Shown here: piece by piece, positions 37,374 through 51,232 of the stretch
How positions within the stretch are numbered: position 1 is the stretch's first letter
Layout: every line of letters starts with the position of its first letter
Source: Lama guanicoe
Taxonomy: Eukaryota
NCBI GenBank assembly: GCA_013239625.1
Contig: MU053645.1
Span: 1,790,274-1,854,273 of the forward strand
Direction of reading: 5' to 3'
Length of the DNA: 64,000 nucleotides
The notes under the pieces: model-generated
Database searches by the model: none
What the model saw: only the letters and a program-made list of their open reading frames with translations
Told to the model about the DNA's origin: nothing
Made by a program: the position numbers and the translations under genes

Positions 37374-38940
37374 CTGAAATCGCCAGACCTACCGCGCAGA
37401 CAGGAGACTTTGGCATCAAAGAGGCGCCTGTGGGAAGGGACAGCACCCAGGACGCGGGACCCACAGGTCCCTTCCCAGAATCCGGGCCCCCGCACCCGCC
37501 CGCTCGGCCCCCAGCTCCGACCGCCACCCCAGCCCCGGCCCCGGCGGCCTCCCCGGGCGCCCCCACCCCAGCTCCCCTCCGCCATGTCTCCCGCAGCAGC
37601 ACCCCCACAGCCCTCTCCCGGCACAGACACCGTCGAGGGCGGGGCGCGGGCGCCCGGAAAGCTGACCCGGGAGCCGCCGCGCCGTTCGCCTGCCAGGATC
37701 CCAGCCAGCGTCTGCGGCCAGACCCCGCGCCCCGGGTCCCGTCCGCGCCGGTCGCCGCCGCCTCAGCGCCAGGGGGCCCCCGGAGCTGCGCACCTCCCTC
37801 GGGGACCGGCTCCAGCCGCGTCGCCTCCCGCTCGCCAGGCTGCCGGGGTCCGCGGGGCAGGCTGTGAGCTGCTCGTCGCCCCCCACGACACCCCCACTTG
37901 CCTGCACAGGCTCAGGGCCCGGGTGGTCGGCCTGGCCCTCCGGTCGGAGCTCCTCACTCGGATTCCCACCGCTCTCCGTGCGCTCAGAATGGCAAAGAGG
38001 CGGCCCGCCCCCCGCGCCGCTGCGCCAAACCGGGCAGGGGCTGCGCAGGATGCGGCACCAACCGCTCGCGGCGAGGGTGTCGGGAAGGGGGGCGGAGGGA
38101 TACGGCACGAATGGGCTCGACGCCCCCTCCCAGGCCCACCGTAGTTCCGACCCAGAGGGGGCGGGGCCGGGAGGAACCCCAGCCTGAGGGGCGGGGCCAC
38201 GCCAGCCCGCCTCGCCCGCCCCCCGCGGCCCCCGCGCGCCGCGACCACCCCCACACTTCTGGCCCCACAGTGTGTGGGGCCGGCGAGCGGTCGGCGGTGG
38301 GGGCCGGGGTCGGGAGGTCCGGAGGGGCCGCGCTGAGGGGAGCAGCGGATGGATACAGACCGCCCCTCGGTGTGTGTGAACCCCGAGACTGCTCGGTGTC
38401 CGCCCCCCCTCCCCTCCCCTCCGCTCCGCTCCGCTCCCCTGCCCCCCCGCCCGCCATCCTTCCGGGATGCAGATGGGAGAGGGGCTGTGAGCGCGACCCT
38501 CCCCGGTTCTGCTTTCCACGTTCAGGGGCCGCGGTCGGGAGGAAGGTGGGAGGGGGCGCCCACGAAGCCCGAGCCACTGCCCCTCTTCTAAGGGAAGGCA
38601 GCCCTAGACCTCTGGTCTGAGGAGACAAACCACTTGTTTGCGCCAGCGTCGTCATTTTTTCTGCCACACTGCTGTTTTCTCGTTCGCGGTGGTAACACGC
38701 TTTGCCATCGCGCGGTCCCCGCAGCTGCCCAGGAAAGAGGGCCCTTCCCTGTCGGGACCCGCACCGGGTCGTACAGTCCCCCCGCCTCTCACCCCACAGC
38801 CCAGTGTCAGGCACCAGGTAGGGCCTGTCCTGGCGCCTCTTCCTGGGTTCTGTCTGTCAAGTCTTCTCCTGCAGTCACTTCCACCCTCCCATCATCTTTG
38901 GCAGTGAGGGAATGTGGCAGGGGTTCGAATCCATTTGGAT
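37374..38940 (-). promoter_or_regulatory. GPRASP2: CpG-island promoter and predicted first non-coding exons of GPRASP2 (copy B of the duplicated cassette)
   Basis: Same sequence as 21089-22655; lies about 1.7 kb upstream of the GPRASP2 ATG. Confidence 0.8.
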
Positions 38941-39204
38941 CTCAGCCACTTGCATGCACACCTGTCTGGTTTCCCCAACCGTTCTTTGGAGAAGGTTCCG
39001 TCATGCACCCACTGCCCCAGGACAGAAACCTGCTGGTTCTTCAATCCCCTGGCTCCTGTACCCCTACACCCTTCCTGTAGTCTTGAGCCCCTCTTCTCTG
39101 TGCTCCACGGGGCAAACAGCAACCCTAGTTAAGCACAACTGTGGTTGAGCACAAACCTGCTGGCACTGTTGTCCATTTTAAAACCCAATTCAATGGCACC
39201 CTCA

Positions 39205-39722
39205 CTTGGCAGGCTGCGTAAAGGTCTCCAAAGATGTCCACGTCCTATTCTCCAGTACCTGTAAGTATGTGATGTTATATGGCGAAGGAGAATTAAGGTT
39301 GCAGATGGAATTAAGATTGCTAATGAGCTGAATGTAAAATGAAGATTACACTGGATTATCCTGACCAATGCAATGGCAAGGGAACTTTTAAACGTGGAAG
39401 AGGCAGGCAGAAGTGTCAGTGTCACAGTGAAGTAGCATGAGAAAGACTCGACAGGTGGACAGGCCATTGCTGGTTTTATCTTGAAGATGGAAGGAAAGCC
39501 AGCGGCCAAGGATTGCAGGCTGACCCCAGAAGCTGAAAAAGGCAAGGAGACAGATTTTTTCCTAGAACCCCTTGGAGGAATGAAGCCTTTGTATCACCAT
39601 TTCAGACCAGTGAGTCCCTTTTCCTATTTTCAACCTTCAGCGTTGTAAGATATTTTATTGTTCCTTTTTTAAGTCAGCAAGATTGTGGTAATTTGTTATA
39701 GCAGCAGTGTGAACCAAATTCA
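39205..39722 (+). mobile_element. MLT1-type MaLR solo LTR
   Basis: 'ggcaggctgcgtaaaggtctccaaagatgtccacgtcctattctcc...ttaaggttgcagatggaattaag...gtggtaatttgttatagcagc'. Confidence 0.75.
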
Positions 39723-41129
39723 CTCTCCATCCTGATAAAGTCCATTCCCCCCTTGACCTTCTTTATTTGGGCTTCAGCCCTTGGGAGGATCAATCTGGGG
39801 TCTCATCTCTTACCTCTATAACTGCCTTCTCCAGCAGTTGCCTTCTTTGTTTTCTGAAGAGGGATTTTCCAATCATCTTTAAGGGTCACCTCAGAAAGAG
39901 TTTCTATTTGTTGAAAATCACTGGTGTTTACCAGGATGAAAGGGGAGCCTTATTTTACCATCAATTTTCATACATTTTCATATCAGCTTTTATTCGTTAT
40001 TATTTATTACAACTGTACAATATTTAGGTGACAGGGAAAAAAATCTAGATATGATTCTATACTGTATCCAGAGCCAACAGATGTCAATATTCAGAGAAAA
40101 GTATTTTACTGTACTTTTAAATGGCCTTAGCTGAATTGTAGATTATGTTTTCTTTATTCTATAGTATACTCTCTTGGGTGAATGCCAGGCTTGAAGAAGG
40201 GAGTCTGAGCTTTGCTGGGATCTGTGGGTGTGTGTGAATCTCTTTGCCTTCCTGAACTGTTCCTTCTGTTTCATAAAGTTTTTGGTGCCTTTCATTCATT
40301 CAACAAATACATATAGGCACTGGAGATACAATACAAACAATACAGAATGAAATCTTCTTGTAGAGGTTACATCTACTTGTAGTTTCATTCTTACTAAATT
40401 TCTTATCTAAAAACTTACAGATTTATCCAAAGCCATACCAGCACAATCTTATCCGGTAATTCTGGATGTAGTGAAATCTTGATTCCAAGACATTTACTGA
40501 CGGAGGAGTGAATCTACCAATAGCTGACAGATTTTACTGTAAGATTTTGAAATACCTGTCGGACAGTTTATTGTTAATTCATTTAAAGAAAAGAGGCTAT
40601 GACTCATTAACATTTATTTAACTGAGGAAGACCCTATTTTAAGCTCTTTATGTGTATTAGCTCACAAAAATATTGGATAGTATGGACTATGTAACAGGTG
40701 AGGAAACCAGCTCAGATAAATTGTTTCATCTTTAAAGTCAGAAAGCAAAATAAATGATCAAAATATTAAAAGGCTACTGACCTGTCTGACTCCTAAGTAG
40801 TATTTGTTTCATCCTAAAATGGAGTCCAGTCTAACAGATTCTGATGGCCAAGGTGCCACTCCCCTACGCCTCCACTAGCACCTGCATAACCCTGACTTGC
40901 CCCTGAAATCTAAGTCTCAGAACCAAATAAGCCCCAAGCGTTAAGCCCGGGATACAGAAGCAGCTGTGCTGTTTCATCATACCTTTAGCTCTGCCCCCAA
41001 CAACACCCCACCTGCTACATGCATATTTGTGTGGACCTTCACACTAGCATATTCCTTGCCTATGGAACACACATACCTACTACTCCTCTTCCCTCTTAGT
41101 CACCATGGACATAGACTGTTTTTGTCTAC

Positions 41130-44100
41130 TAAGTTTAACTTGGCTATTTTCTGTTGTTTTAATTTGCAATTCCATAATGACATATGATGATGAGCATCTT
41201 TTCATATGCTTATTTTCCATTTGCATATCTTTATTGGTCAGTTATCTGTTCAGATCCATTGCCCATTTTTTGATGGCATTTATTGTGCTCTTACTGTTAA
41301 ACTTTAAGAGTTCTTTGTATATTTTGGATATCAATCTTCTATCAGATGTCTGTTTTGCAAAGCTTTTCAAGCTCCAGCTTGCCTTGTCATTCTATTAACA
41401 GAGTATTTTGCAGAGAAAATTTATCTTTAATGAAGTCCAACTTACCAATATTCTCTTTCATGGATCACACTTTTGATGTTGCATCTACAAAGTCCTTGCC
41501 AAATCCAAAGTAACCTAGATCTTTTATTATGTTATCTTCTAGGAGTTTTATAATTTTGCCTTTTCGATGTAAGTCTATGATCCATTTTAAGTTAACATTA
41601 GTGAAAGATGTAAGATACGTGTCTAGATTCATTTTCTTTTGCATGTAGATGGCCAGTCATTCTAGCACCATTTGTCGAAACGATTATCCTTTCTCCATTA
41701 AATTACCTTTGCTCCTTGGTTAACAACTGGTTGACTATATTTGTGTGTATCTATTTCTGGTCTCTCTCTTTTGTTACATTGATCTATTTGTCTTTTCTTT
41801 TGCCAGTACCACACTGTCTTGTTTACTGTAGCTTTATGGAAAGTACTGAAGTTGGGTAATGTCAGTCCTCTGATGTTCATCTCCTCCAATATTGTATTTT
41901 CTATTTTTGGTCTTTTGCCTTTCAATATAAACTTTAGAATCTGTTTGCTGCTATCCACAAGATAACTTGCAGGGATTTTGATTGGGATTGCATTGAACCT
42001 ATAATTTGAGAAGAACTGATATCTTGATGATATTGAGTCTACCTATACTTGCGCATGAGATATCTCCTGCATTTATTTAGATCTTCTTTGATTTCTTTTA
42101 TCAGTGTTTTGTAGTTTTCCTCATACAGATATTGTACATATTTTGTTAGATTTGTGCCTAAATATTTCATTTTTAGTGCTAATATAAATGGTATTGTTTT
42201 TAATTTCAAATTCCATTTTTTTCATTGCTGGTGTGTAAGAAAAATTGAATTTTGTATATTAACTTCATATCCTGCAACATTGCTATACTTGCTAATTAGT
42301 TTCAGGTTTTTTTTGTTGATTCTTTGAGATTCTTACAGAAACAATCATGTTATCTGTGATTAAGTACAGTTTTAATTCTTCCTTTCCCATCTGTATACTC
42401 TTATCTCTTTTTCTTCTCTTATTGCATTAGCTAGGACTTCCAGTGTGACATTAAACAGGAATGATAAGTGGGAGTATTCTTTCCTTATTCCTAATCTTAG
42501 CAGAAAAGCATCTAGTTGCTCAGCCTTATGATGTTAGCTGTAGGGGTTTTTTGTAGGTATTCTTTATGAAGTTTAAGGAGTTCTACCTTACTCCTAGTTT
42601 TCTCAGGGTTTTTTTTAAATCATGAATGGGTGTTGAATTCTGCCAGATGCTTTTTCTTCTCTAAATGATCATATTTTTCTTTAGCCTTTGATGTGATGGA
42701 TTACACTAATTAATTTTCAAATGTTGAATCAGTCTTGTATACTTGGAATAAATTCCACTAGATTGTGGTGTATAATTCTTTTTTTTCTTAGTTAAGGGTA
42801 GACAAATATAATCCTTTTTATACATTGTTGGACTTTATTGGTTAGTATTTTGTCAGGATTTTTACATCTATGGGCATGAAAGTATTGGTCTGTAGTTTTT
42901 CCTTTTTGTAATGTATTTGCTTGGTTTGGTACTAGGGTAATGCTGGTCTCATAGAATATTGGGAGGAATTATTCCCTCAACTTCTAATTTTCTTTGAGAG
43001 ATTGTATAAAATTGGTATAAGTTCTTCATTAAATGTTTGATATAATTCACCAGTGAACCTTTCTGAGCCTGGTGTTTTCTCTTTTGGAAGGTTGTTAAAC
43101 ATTGATTCAATCTCTTTAATAGTTACAGTTTATGCAGATTACCTATTTATCCTTGTGTTAAGTTTTGGCAGATTGTGTCTTTAAAGGGATTATAATTCTT
43201 TTAGGTTATCAATGTTTTGGACAAAGTTGTTCATACTATTCCTTTATTATTCTTTCAATGTCCATGGGAACATTTCTGGTATTAGCAATTTGTGTCTTTT
43301 TTACCTTTTCTTAGTTAACTTGGCTAGTGGCTTATAAATTTAATTAATCTTTCAAAGAACCAACTTTTGGTTTTACTGAATTTCTCTATTGATTTACTGT
43401 TTTCAGTGTCATTGGTTTCTGCTCTAATTTTTTAATCTCTTTTCTTCTGCTTACTTTGGATTTAATTTTTTTTCTCTAGTGGCTAAGGTGGAAACTTCAA
43501 TTATTGATTTTAGATTTTTTTCCTTTCTAAAATATATTCATTCAGTGCTATAAATTTCCCTTTAAGTATCCCACAACTTTGACAAATTTTCATAATATTT
43601 TAAAAAATATTTAAAAATTTCTCTTGGGAGATCTTTAACCCATGTGCTATTTAGAAGTGTATTGGGTAATCTCCAAATGTTTTAAGGTTTCCAGTTGTTT
43701 TTCTGTAACTGACGTTTAGTTTAATTCCATTGTGATCTGAGAACATGACTTAAATGATATCTATTCTTTTAAAATTTTAAAGGTATGTTTTATGTCCTAG
43801 AATGTGATCTATCTTGGTGAATGTTCCATGTGAGCTTGAGAAGAATGTGTATTCTGCTGTTTTGGATGAAATATTTTATAAATATTAATTAGATACTATT
43901 GATCGATGGTGTTGTTCAGTTCAAGTTTGTTTTTACTGACTTTGTATCTGCTGAGTCTGTCAGTTACTGATAGAGAGGTGGTGAAGTCTCCAACTATAAT
44001 AGTGGATTTGTCTTTTTTCTCTTTGTGATTCTGTCAGTTTTTGCCCCATGTATTTCTGCATTTTGTTGTTAGATGCATACACATTAAGGACTGTTAAGTC

Positions 44101-47100
44101 TCCTTTGAGAATTGGGCCACTTATCAGTATGCAGTTCCTCCCTTCTCCTGGGAATGTTCCATGCTCTGCATCCTGCTTTGTCTGAAATTAATAGAGCTAC
44201 TCCAGCTTTCATTTGTTTAGTATTATCATGATATTTCTTTCTCCATCCCTTTATTTTTATCTGTGTATTTATAGTTCAAGTGGGTTTCTTGTAGACTGCA
44301 TGTAGCTGGATCTTATTTTTTTAATCCACCCTGACAGTCTTATCTTTTTTGATTGGTGTTAGACCACTGATGTCTAAAGTGATCATTGATATAGATAAAT
44401 ACCTACCATATTTGTTACTGTTTTCCATATGTTTCCATTTTTGTTTCTTTTTTAGTCTTTTTTTCTGCCTTCTCTGTTTTAAATTATACATTTTATGTTA
44501 CCATTTTCTCTCTTCTCATAGCATAAAAATGACACTTTTATTTTTACTTTTTTAGTGGTTGCCCTAAAGTTTGCAATATCCAAGTTCACTCTCAAATAAC
44601 ACTACACTGCTTCATAGGCAGTGCAAGTTCTTTGTAACAGAGTATTTCCAATTCCTCCCTCTCATCCCTTATAACATTGCTGTCATTCATTTCACTTATT
44701 TATAAGCTGTAATCACCACATGCATTGCTGATATTTTTACTTTGAACAAATTATAATCTGTTAAATCAACTAAGAATAAAAAGATAGATTTCATTTTACT
44801 TTCATTTATTCCTTAACACTCTTCCTTTTTTGATAGATATGAGTTTTTTTGATCTGTATAATTTTCCTTTTCTCTGAAAAATTTTGATTAACATCCCTAA
44901 AGGACAAGTCTACTGGGGACCAAATTCTCTCAATTTTTATTTGTCTGAGATGTTTTTATTTCTCCTTCACCTTCAAAGAATAATTTCACTGGATACAGAA
45001 TTCTAGGTTGGTGTTTTTTTACTTCAACACTTTAAAAATTTCTTTCTACCTTCTTCTTGCTTGTATGTTTCTGAAGAGAAATGTGATTTAATTCTTACCC
45101 CTGCTCCTCCATAGGTAATATGGTTGATATCTCTGGCTTTTTTCAATGTTTTCTTTTTGTCTTTGATATTCTTCCATTTGAATATGATATGCCTAGGTGT
45201 AGATTTTATGGTTTTTATCCTTCTTGATGTTCTCTGAGATTCCTAATCTATGGTTTGAAGTGTGTCACTAATTTTGGAAACTTCTCAGTCATTATTACTT
45301 CAGATACTTCCTCTGTTTCTCCCTTTCTGTTATTTCTATCACATGTATGCAACACCTTTTGTAATTATCCCACAGTTCATGGATATTCTGTTCAGTCTTT
45401 CTCATTCTTTTATCTCTTTGTATTCTCTTTTGGAAGTTCCTACTGACATTTCTTTAAGCTCATTGATTCTATTCTCAGCCATGTTCAGTCTATTGTGGAG
45501 CTCATCAAAAAATTCTTCATTTCTTTTACACTTTTTGATTTCTAGCATTCACTTTTGATTCTTTCTTAGGGTTTCCAGCTCTGTGCTTATATTACCCATC
45601 TGTTTTTGCATGTTGTCCAGTTTTTCCATTAGAGCACTTAGCATATTAACCATAGTTGTTTTAAATTATTAATCTTATAATTCCAAAATTTCTGCCATAT
45701 CTGAATCTAGTTCTGATGCTTGCTCTGTGTCTTGATACTGGTGTGTGGATTTTTTTTATCTGTTTGTTTTGTTTTGATTTTTAGTATGCCTTGTAATTTT
45801 CTGTTAACTGGTAGACAACATGGGTTAAAGAAACTGAGGTAAATATACCTTTAGTGTGAGGTTTTATGTTTATCTAGCTAGGAGTAAGGATATGTATACC
45901 ACTTGCTATAGCTGTGTGTGTCAGAGGCTAAATATTCTTCTGATGTTCTTGTTTTTGTCTCCCCTGCTGTCCTTGGGTTTCCCTAGAGAATTTTTTTAAA
46001 AACAGAATTATGACCTTGCTGAAGCTGGGAAGGCATCTTGATACTGTATGTGATACAAATGATGCTTTTACAAGGATTCCACTTCTAGCTTTTATCTTAA
46101 TATTTAAAAATCAATGTGGAGGAGGGAGGGTATAGCTCAAGTGATAGACTGCATGCTTAGCGTGCACAAGGTCCTGGGTTCAATCCCCAGTACCTCCTCT
46201 AAAAATAAATAAATAAACAAACCTAACCAGCACCCCCCCAATTCCATGAATTTAAAAAGCAATGTGGAATCATCACAGAACCATGCTTCCCAAATTTTAT
46301 TCCATTGAACACCAGGATGTTAAGGGGCATTCTATTTTTTTAGCCTGCTCTAATGAACCTAGGAAATGTTGCTATAGAAGACCCTGAAATATTTTGATTA
46401 AAATGATGTGAAAGACCTATGAATAGAGTTTAAAAGAGAAAGTACTTTTTAGGAGTAAAATAAAGCTGAGGGAAGGCTAAGTGGCTGTAAGGAGTTAGAG
46501 GGTTATTATTAGCTAGGTATACCACAGCTGCCTTATTGCCATGAAGTCAGAAATTGACATATTGCAGCAAGAGAGAGATGGGTTAGAAATGGACTGCCTG
46601 GTGAGGGTGTGAGATAAAAATATTAACTTATTGTGAGAGAGCACATCACCTTCAGCTTTGGATACATGATAGGAGAGGCAGAAAACCATTTAAGGATGAT
46701 TTATGTGTCTTGCTGCCTGGAGCTGCCAGGAAGCTGAATCTTGGAATTTCTTTCTCACTCCAGAATTCCATAATTCTATTACTGTGGACCCTAGGATGAG
46801 GAGTAGAGACTTTTTCTTAAATAGGGTCTGAGATGTACACTTCTTTCAGAATTAATCTGCTGTTATTATACATGAGTCTCATTGATGTGTTTGAATGGTG
46901 TGGAAGGAATGGGAAACATTCTATGGTTCTGTTATTTTGTCTCAGTGTTTCAGTGAGCCTTTGTCCTTGGTTTGTGACTTTCACAAGTGCTTCTCAGTTT
47001 TTTTTTTTCTTTTTTAGGTGAGACAGGAAGTCTAGAAGAAGCTAGAGTTGTGTATTTTCCTCTGGTCTGTGACCTCACAAATGTTTCATACCTTTTTTCA

Positions 47101-47660
47101 TTCCAAGGCAAGATAAGAAATGCTAGATGTGGCTGGAGTTGGAAAAAAAAAGCCTTTCCCCAGGTGGGGTAAGGCTCTGGTAGCCTTTTCCCATTCAGAG
47201 TAGGCAGCTGTCATGAAGAATGTTTTGACTGTATTTCAAAATGGTTACTCTTCCCATCCCTCTGCTATATCCATGAGGGAACACTTCTTGGCTCTTCACC
47301 TTGAGAACTGAGTGGTTTTCCTGGAGGTCAAATCCACAAAAGCTCCTATACGATTGTGACACACAGAATTTCTCACTCCTCTGATGGTCCACACTTAGCC
47401 TCCAGCAATTTACCAAAATTACCATCTAAGTATTCTTACCAGTTTATGGCTCCAGTGGAGTCTATTCTGGGTAAGCAGATCTCAACTGTGATTCTCAGTC
47501 TGTCTGTTTCTCCAGATTTTGTGGTGGTGGTTTGCCCTATAACCTTTGTTCTCTGGATCCAAGAAAAGCCAGGTATTTTCAGGCTTTTTTTTCAGCTTTT
47601 TCATGTTGTAAGTTTGGGAGTCATGACTTCCAAGCTCTTTATATATTGCAGCTGAAACCA
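41130..47660 (-). mobile_element. Long degenerate L1 (ORF2 through the 5' region), interrupted at ~46000-46803
   Basis: Antisense ORF2-like peptides (for example 'ILKFILKGKRPKIENTILEEMNIRGLTLPNFSTFHKATVNKTVWYWQKKRQIDQ'); T-rich plus strand. Confidence 0.85.
46121..46249 (+). mobile_element. Full-length tRNA-derived SINE (camelid Vic-1-like) with target-site duplication
   Basis: 'gggagggtatagctcaagtgatagactgcatgcttagcgtgcacaaggtcctgggttcaatccccagtacctcc' with an AAAT tail; flanked by ATTTAAAAA(T/G)CAATGTGGA at 46102-46120 and 46250-46268. Confidence 0.85.
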
Positions 47661-49079
47661 AATTTTGGATAGAAGACTTCATTTATGCTGTTTGATGTGT
47701 TGACAGCTATTTTTCAAGTCTCTGTATACCCCTTTAACTCTACTCCTCTACCTTGTTCAAGTACTTATCCAAATTGACCACTTGATAAGTGTTACTGTGT
47801 CACATAAAGGAAGTGACAGAAGATGGGTAATGTTGTTTGTAACTAAGAGTTATTTAACAAAAATTGTTTGAACCAGTAATTCTACTTCTAGGAGTATGCC
47901 CTAAGGAAATAGCTAAGGATGTGCAAACCAATTTCACTACAAGTTTGTCAGTCCTCTTCTATCCCTTCAATTATGGGATGATTGCAGAGAGGAAAAACAC
48001 CACAGAGGGAGTGCACTGAAAGCATAGATAGAAAAACTGAGAGAAGTGATGCAGACAGCAGCAAACACAAATAACTACACAATCCACATGTTTTCAAGGT
48101 CTGTTCTCAGTATTCTGGAATTCATATCAGGTGACTGATCGTGTGGGGTAGCAGAGGGCAAAAATAATAATTGGACTGAAATAAATAAAAATACAAAAGT
48201 GAAAGGTGCCATTTACCAACAGAAATTTACTACAGGAGTGTTCATCTTGGAATTGTTTATAATAGGAAAAATAGATATAACCTAAATATATGAGTACAGG
48301 AAATTTGTTAATTATGGCAAGCTCAGGAGATGGAATTCAATGCCAATAAGAAATGGAAGTGTCCGTTTCAGAAACACCTTGTCAGCACTGTGCTTTTCAC
48401 TTTTTGTCAATATGATGGGTAAAAAATAGAATACTATTATTTTGATTTGTATCTCTACATTGTACAGGAGCATATCAGTCAGGACATACAATATCGAAGA
48501 AGCAGTGACAAATGACTCCCAAAACTCAGTAACTTAAAACAACAAAAGTATATTTCTTGTTCATACCACATATCCAGCACAGCTTGCTTGGAGCTACACT
48601 TACTAAGATTAAAGTGATGGAACAGTCACTACATGGAACATTGCTGATACCACGGACTAGGAAAACACAGATCATGACAAATCACACAGTGGCTATTAAA
48701 AATTTCTCCCCAGAACTGACAATAATCTTTCTGTTCTGTTTCACTGATTAAAGCAAGTTACATGGCCATAGCTATGTTCAAAAGGAATGGGGAAGTGCAA
48801 GACTAAGTGTCTGAAAACTTGACAACAGGAAATCTTGGTGAACAACAGTAATAATTAACCAAGGTTTCAAATCTTGTCATTGAGTTAGTTCTGCAAGTCC
48901 ATCTCATTTCCTGTGGTCTGAATTATTTATTTTTACTTACTCATTTTTCTATTGGGTTATTCACTCTACTGATTTGTACTATTTCTTTGTAAATTCTGAA
49001 AACTATCCCATAGATTGCCATACATGTTCTAACTAGTGTTTCCAGTAATATGCTATCTTTTCACTTGTTTATGGTAGTT

Positions 49080-50990
49080 GAACAGCAGCTTTATTGAGAT
49101 ACAATCCATATACCATACATTTCACCAATTTAAACTGTATAATTCAATGAATTTTAATATATTCAGAATTGTGAATTCATCATCAAAATCTATTTTGAAA
49201 CATTTTCATTAGCCCAGGAGTATACCCTGCAGCCCTTAGCTGTCTGATTCCATTGCCCGTACTTCCAAACCAAAGGCAACAACTAATCTACTTTCATCGC
49301 TATAAATTGGCCTGTCCTGGACATTTTATATAAATGGAATTGTATAATATGTGGTCCTTTGTTACTAGCTTCTTTCATTTACCGTGTTGTAACATGTGTC
49401 AGTACATTATTGGTTTGTTGCTGAAAATGATTCCATTACTTCATAAATATGCCACATTTTATTTACTCATTTATCAGCTGATGGACATTGGGGTTGTTTC
49501 CACTTATTGGCTATTATGAATAATGCTGCTATGAACATTTGTGTACATTTTGTGTGGATATATGTTTTCATTTCTCTTGGATATATACTTAGGAGTGGAA
49601 TTGATGGAACATATGGCCACCTTTTGAATAATTACGACTGTTTCCTAAAACAACTACACCATTTTACATCCCTACCAGCAGGATTTCAATATCTCCATAT
49701 CCTTGCCAGCACTTTTTATTATCTGTCTTTTGTATATAATCTTCCTAAAGGGTATGAAGTGGTACCTAATTGTGGTTTTGATTTTCCTGATGGCTGACAA
49801 TGTTGAGCATCTTTTCATGAGCTTATTGGCCATTTTTATATCTTCTTTGGAGAAATATCTATCCAAACCCTTTGACCATTTTATAATTGGATTATTTATC
49901 TTTTTATTACTGATTTATCCTTTTATTACTGAGTTAGAACAGTTCTTTATACATTTTAGATCCAAATCCCTTACCAAATATGATTTGCAAGATTCTCTCA
50001 CATTCTGTGGGTTGGCTTTTCACTTACTTGATTGTGCCTTTTGAAGCACAAAAGTTTTTAATTTTGATGAGGTCCAGCTTGTCTATTTTCCCTTCTGTTA
50101 CCTGTGATTTTGGTGTCATATGTGAGAAACTACCACCTAAACCAAGGTCACATAGATTTATTTATACCTATGTTTTCTTCTAAGTTTTATACTGTTAGCT
50201 CTTATATTTAGGTCTTTAATCAGTTTTGAGTTTTACAATATGGTATGAGATAGGGAACCAAATTCATTTTTTTTGCATGTGCCTGTGCAGTTGTGTCAGC
50301 ACCGTTTGTTGAAAAGACAATTCTTAACCCATTGTATGGGCCTTGCACCCTTGTCAAAACTCAATAAATATAAAGATTTGTTTCTGGACTCTCAATTCTA
50401 TTCCATTGATACATGTGTGTCTACCCTTATGTCTGCACCACACAGTCCTGATACTGCAGCTTTGTAATAAGTATCAAAATCTGATCGTCTGAATCCTCAA
50501 CTTTGTTCTTTTGTTTTGGCTATTCTGTATCCCTTGTATTTACATATAAAGTTTAGGAACAGCTTGTGAATTCCTTTTAAAAAGGGAGCTGTAATATGGT
50601 AGGATTGCATTGAATCTGTAGATGAATTTGGCCAGTATTGATACCTTGTCAATATTAACTTTTGCAATCCATGTACATAGGATGTTTTTCTGTTTGTTTA
50701 GTTCTTCTTTAATTTCTTTCAATGATGTTTTGTAGTTTTCAGTGTGCCAATCTTACACTTTTTTTGTTAAATTTATTTCTAAGTTTTTGTTCTTTTTAAT
50801 GCTATGTAGTTGTTTTAAAATTTTCATTGTTTGTTTGCTCATTACTATTGTATAAAAATACAACCAAGTTTTGTATATTGATATTTTATCATACAAATTT
50901 GCTGAACTTGTTTATTAGTTTTAACAGTTTTTTTAGTGGATTCCTTAGGGTTTTCTATATATAACATTAATTTATCTGCAGATGTTTTGG
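49080..50990 (-). mobile_element. 5'-truncated L1 (3' UTR plus ORF2 3' part)
   Basis: Begins with the L1M 3' end 'cagctttattgagatacaat'. Antisense peptides '[22 protein letters not shown]' and 'DKLMLYIENPKESTKK'. Confidence 0.85.
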
Positions 50991-51232
50991 TATTATAAAT
51001 CATGTTAACAATACCAGTTACCTTTATCAATCTTTTCTTAATGCACCCATTGGTTTCTGTCTAACCAGCAACAGCATTTTCTCTCACCAAGAATGTAAGT
51101 AAAAAAATTCTCCTAGTACTTTTATGTTTCAATAGTTGCATTTAAATCTTTGAACTAATTGCAGTTTATTTTGGTAGAATATATTTTATGTTATCTTTTT
51201 CTAAATTGGTTGCCACTTTACCAAATGCCATT

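Noticed and set aside
46121..46200. tRNA-like sequence with A and B boxes
   Set aside because: A multi-copy SINE head with an AT-rich tail and target-site duplication, not a tRNA gene.
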